NCBI RefSeq assembly: GCF_025526975.1
Contig: NW_026515679.1
Span: 124,001 to 188,000 of the forward strand
Direction of reading: 5' to 3'
DNA length: 64,000 nt
From: Fimicolochytrium jonesii
Lineage: Eukaryota
Within the stretch, counting starts at the first letter, position 1. Each line of letters begins with the position of its first letter. Made by a program: the position numbers and the translations under genes. Below are positions 62,201-64,000 of the stretch, piece after piece. The notes beneath the pieces were generated by a model, which saw nothing but the letters and a program-made list of their open reading frames with translations, was not told the DNA's origin and ran no database searches.

Positions 62201-64000
62201 TTCAACACGGTGGAATCGCTCGAAGACTCGGTCGAGGTGCTCCCCTGGAATACCGACTCCGGTGTCGGTAACGGAGAAGATAACCGCCGAGCGATCGTTA
62301 TTATTTTCCACCCGAACCGTTATAGAACCCGCCGTGGTGAATTTGAAGGCGTTTCCGATGAGATTGAACACGATTTTCTCCCACATGTCATGATCGACGT
62401 AAACTTTCTTGGATTTTTCGTTGCACTGCACATCGAATCGCACACCGCCTTTTGTAATCGCACTTCGGAAGTTGCTAGCGAGATCCCGCGTGAAGGCGGC
62501 GATATCAGTTCTTTTGAAAGAGGCTTGCATCCTCCCAGCTTCGAGGCGACTGAAGTCCAATATGCTGTTCACCAGCTTTAGTAAGCGCTTGGCGTTGCGG
62601 CTGACCAGTGTCAAATGTTCCATTTGAAATTTCGAAGGAGGTTCCTTCTTCGAAGAACGCAAGTCCTCCAGGGGACCCAACATCAGTGTCAGGGGTGTCC
62701 GCAGTTCATGCGAAACAGAGCTGTAAGTGAAAGGAGATAAGTGGTCAAGCGGAACAAGTTGGTGAACAGGAACTTCAACTAACTTGAAAAACGCGGTTTT
62801 TGCTCTATCTATCGCCGCCAGTGCATCTGCTCTGCGAACCTCCTCTTCAAAGGCTATTATGCTGGACATAGATCCAGCGAACTGGCGGTGTAGCAAGGTG
62901 ATGAATGTTCTAAGGAGATGATTTAGCGAACTGTCGCCCGGTTCTCCGTTGTACACTCCCCCCGCTACTTACGCATAGTCGTCGTTGTATGCCAATCTGC
63001 TGCTCAGCCCTAGAACCAGCACTCCTTGGATGTCTTCCGCCTCACTCCCCGCAATGGGACATACGACCACAACGTTCGACGGATCGCCAAAGCATCTCCC
63101 AGGAATGCCAGCAACATAAGTTTGATTCCGCATTACAACCACGCTGCGTTTCGTACAAGCTTCATGGAAGGGCCATACTTGGGGCAGCTCAAAATTCTGC
63201 GCAAGATCCAGGACGACGTGGTCTACAGCCGCGGGATGCCCGCGATGAATTCCGACCGTGGCAGCAAGTTGTAATAAAAACGGCTGACCACTATCCAGGG
63301 AGATTTGACTGATTCCGCTCGTCTCGGATGTACCAGTGTACAAGAGAGCAAATGAAACCTCTTTATCGCAGGACGTGAGGATGCTCGTCGTCGTCGATAG
63401 GAGTTCCGATACTGTCTTCGCTTGTCCCGCGTTGACGCTGAAATCTCTAAGAGCTCTCATTCGGCGCTCCGAGATTGCTTGACGCGTTGTCTCGATAGCA
63501 GGGTTTAGAAGGCCTCCAATGGATCCGTCTTCTTGCCGAATTGGCACGTACGCCCAGTTGAAGTATGTTTCCTCAGTGAACCCGTTTCGCGACATGAAGA
63601 AGAGATCGTCCTCCACGTGTTTTCCCTTTCCGGCCATTGCTTGCTCTGCCGCCACTTTGATTTTATCCCATATCTAGGAGAGCCATCAGTTTCGAAAATG
63701 GTGGGGGATGCGACCTATTCAGGGAATTCGCAGCACTACTCACATCGCTCCACCCCACGGCACCCGGCTTCCCAAACAGCCACGGATGTTTCGCAGCCGC
63801 AATCGGGATATAGGCATCGTTATAGAGGAGGACAAATTCCGGGCCCCACCAGATAGACATTGGCAAGGGAGACGCTAATACAAGCGAGACAGCAGTCCTC
63901 AAAGATTGTGGCCACAAGGCGATCGGACCCAGCGGGCTATTTGTCCAGTCAAGCTCTCGTAGAAGGTCGCCCATGATTCCACCTCCGGCCACAAGGCGCT
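59259..64000 (-). CDS. Dual hybrid histidine kinase (PAS/GAF-like, HisKA-HATPase-REC, PAS, HisKA-HATPase-REC); 5' end off the window
   Basis: DWTNSPLGPIALWPQSL N-terminus; H-box 1 SHELRTPL, EGTGIGLAL, REC DVMMPRLDG; H-box 2 CHELRNPL, GGTGLGLFIS, REC DIILM|DIEMPIMDG...DDFVVKP. Confidence 0.93.

Overview
Gene-dense, intron-containing eukaryotic genomic DNA. IFT144/WDR19 and a CCDC92/74-type gene sit beside fungal-type genes (Slm1-like BAR-PH, Pdr16-like CRAL-TRIO, dual hybrid histidine kinase), so a flagellated early-diverging fungus, probably a chytrid, is inferred. Other protein genes: TmcB/TmcC-like membrane protein (partial), two small secreted proteins, membrane-anchored tandem START protein, a TEAD/Scalloped YAP-binding-domain protein with no visible TEA DNA-binding domain, HSP20 with a perfect HSE, mitochondrial PPR protein, Pro-rich coiled-coil protein, UPF2, TPR + metallo-beta-lactamase fusion, SDR, virilizer (VIRMA) and DNAJC7. 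There is one tRNA-Arg(ACG). A young ~6.06 kb Ty3/Gypsy element (130 bp LTRs, GAACT TSD, tRNA-Met-type PBS, G_GAT_TTT -1 frameshift signal, duplicated PPT-LTR end) lies between a P450 pseudogene and a virilizer lacking a visible N-terminal domain. A Tc1-like remnant and several local duplications are also present. All family calls come from motif recognition and manual splicing, not database searches, so exon boundaries are approximate.
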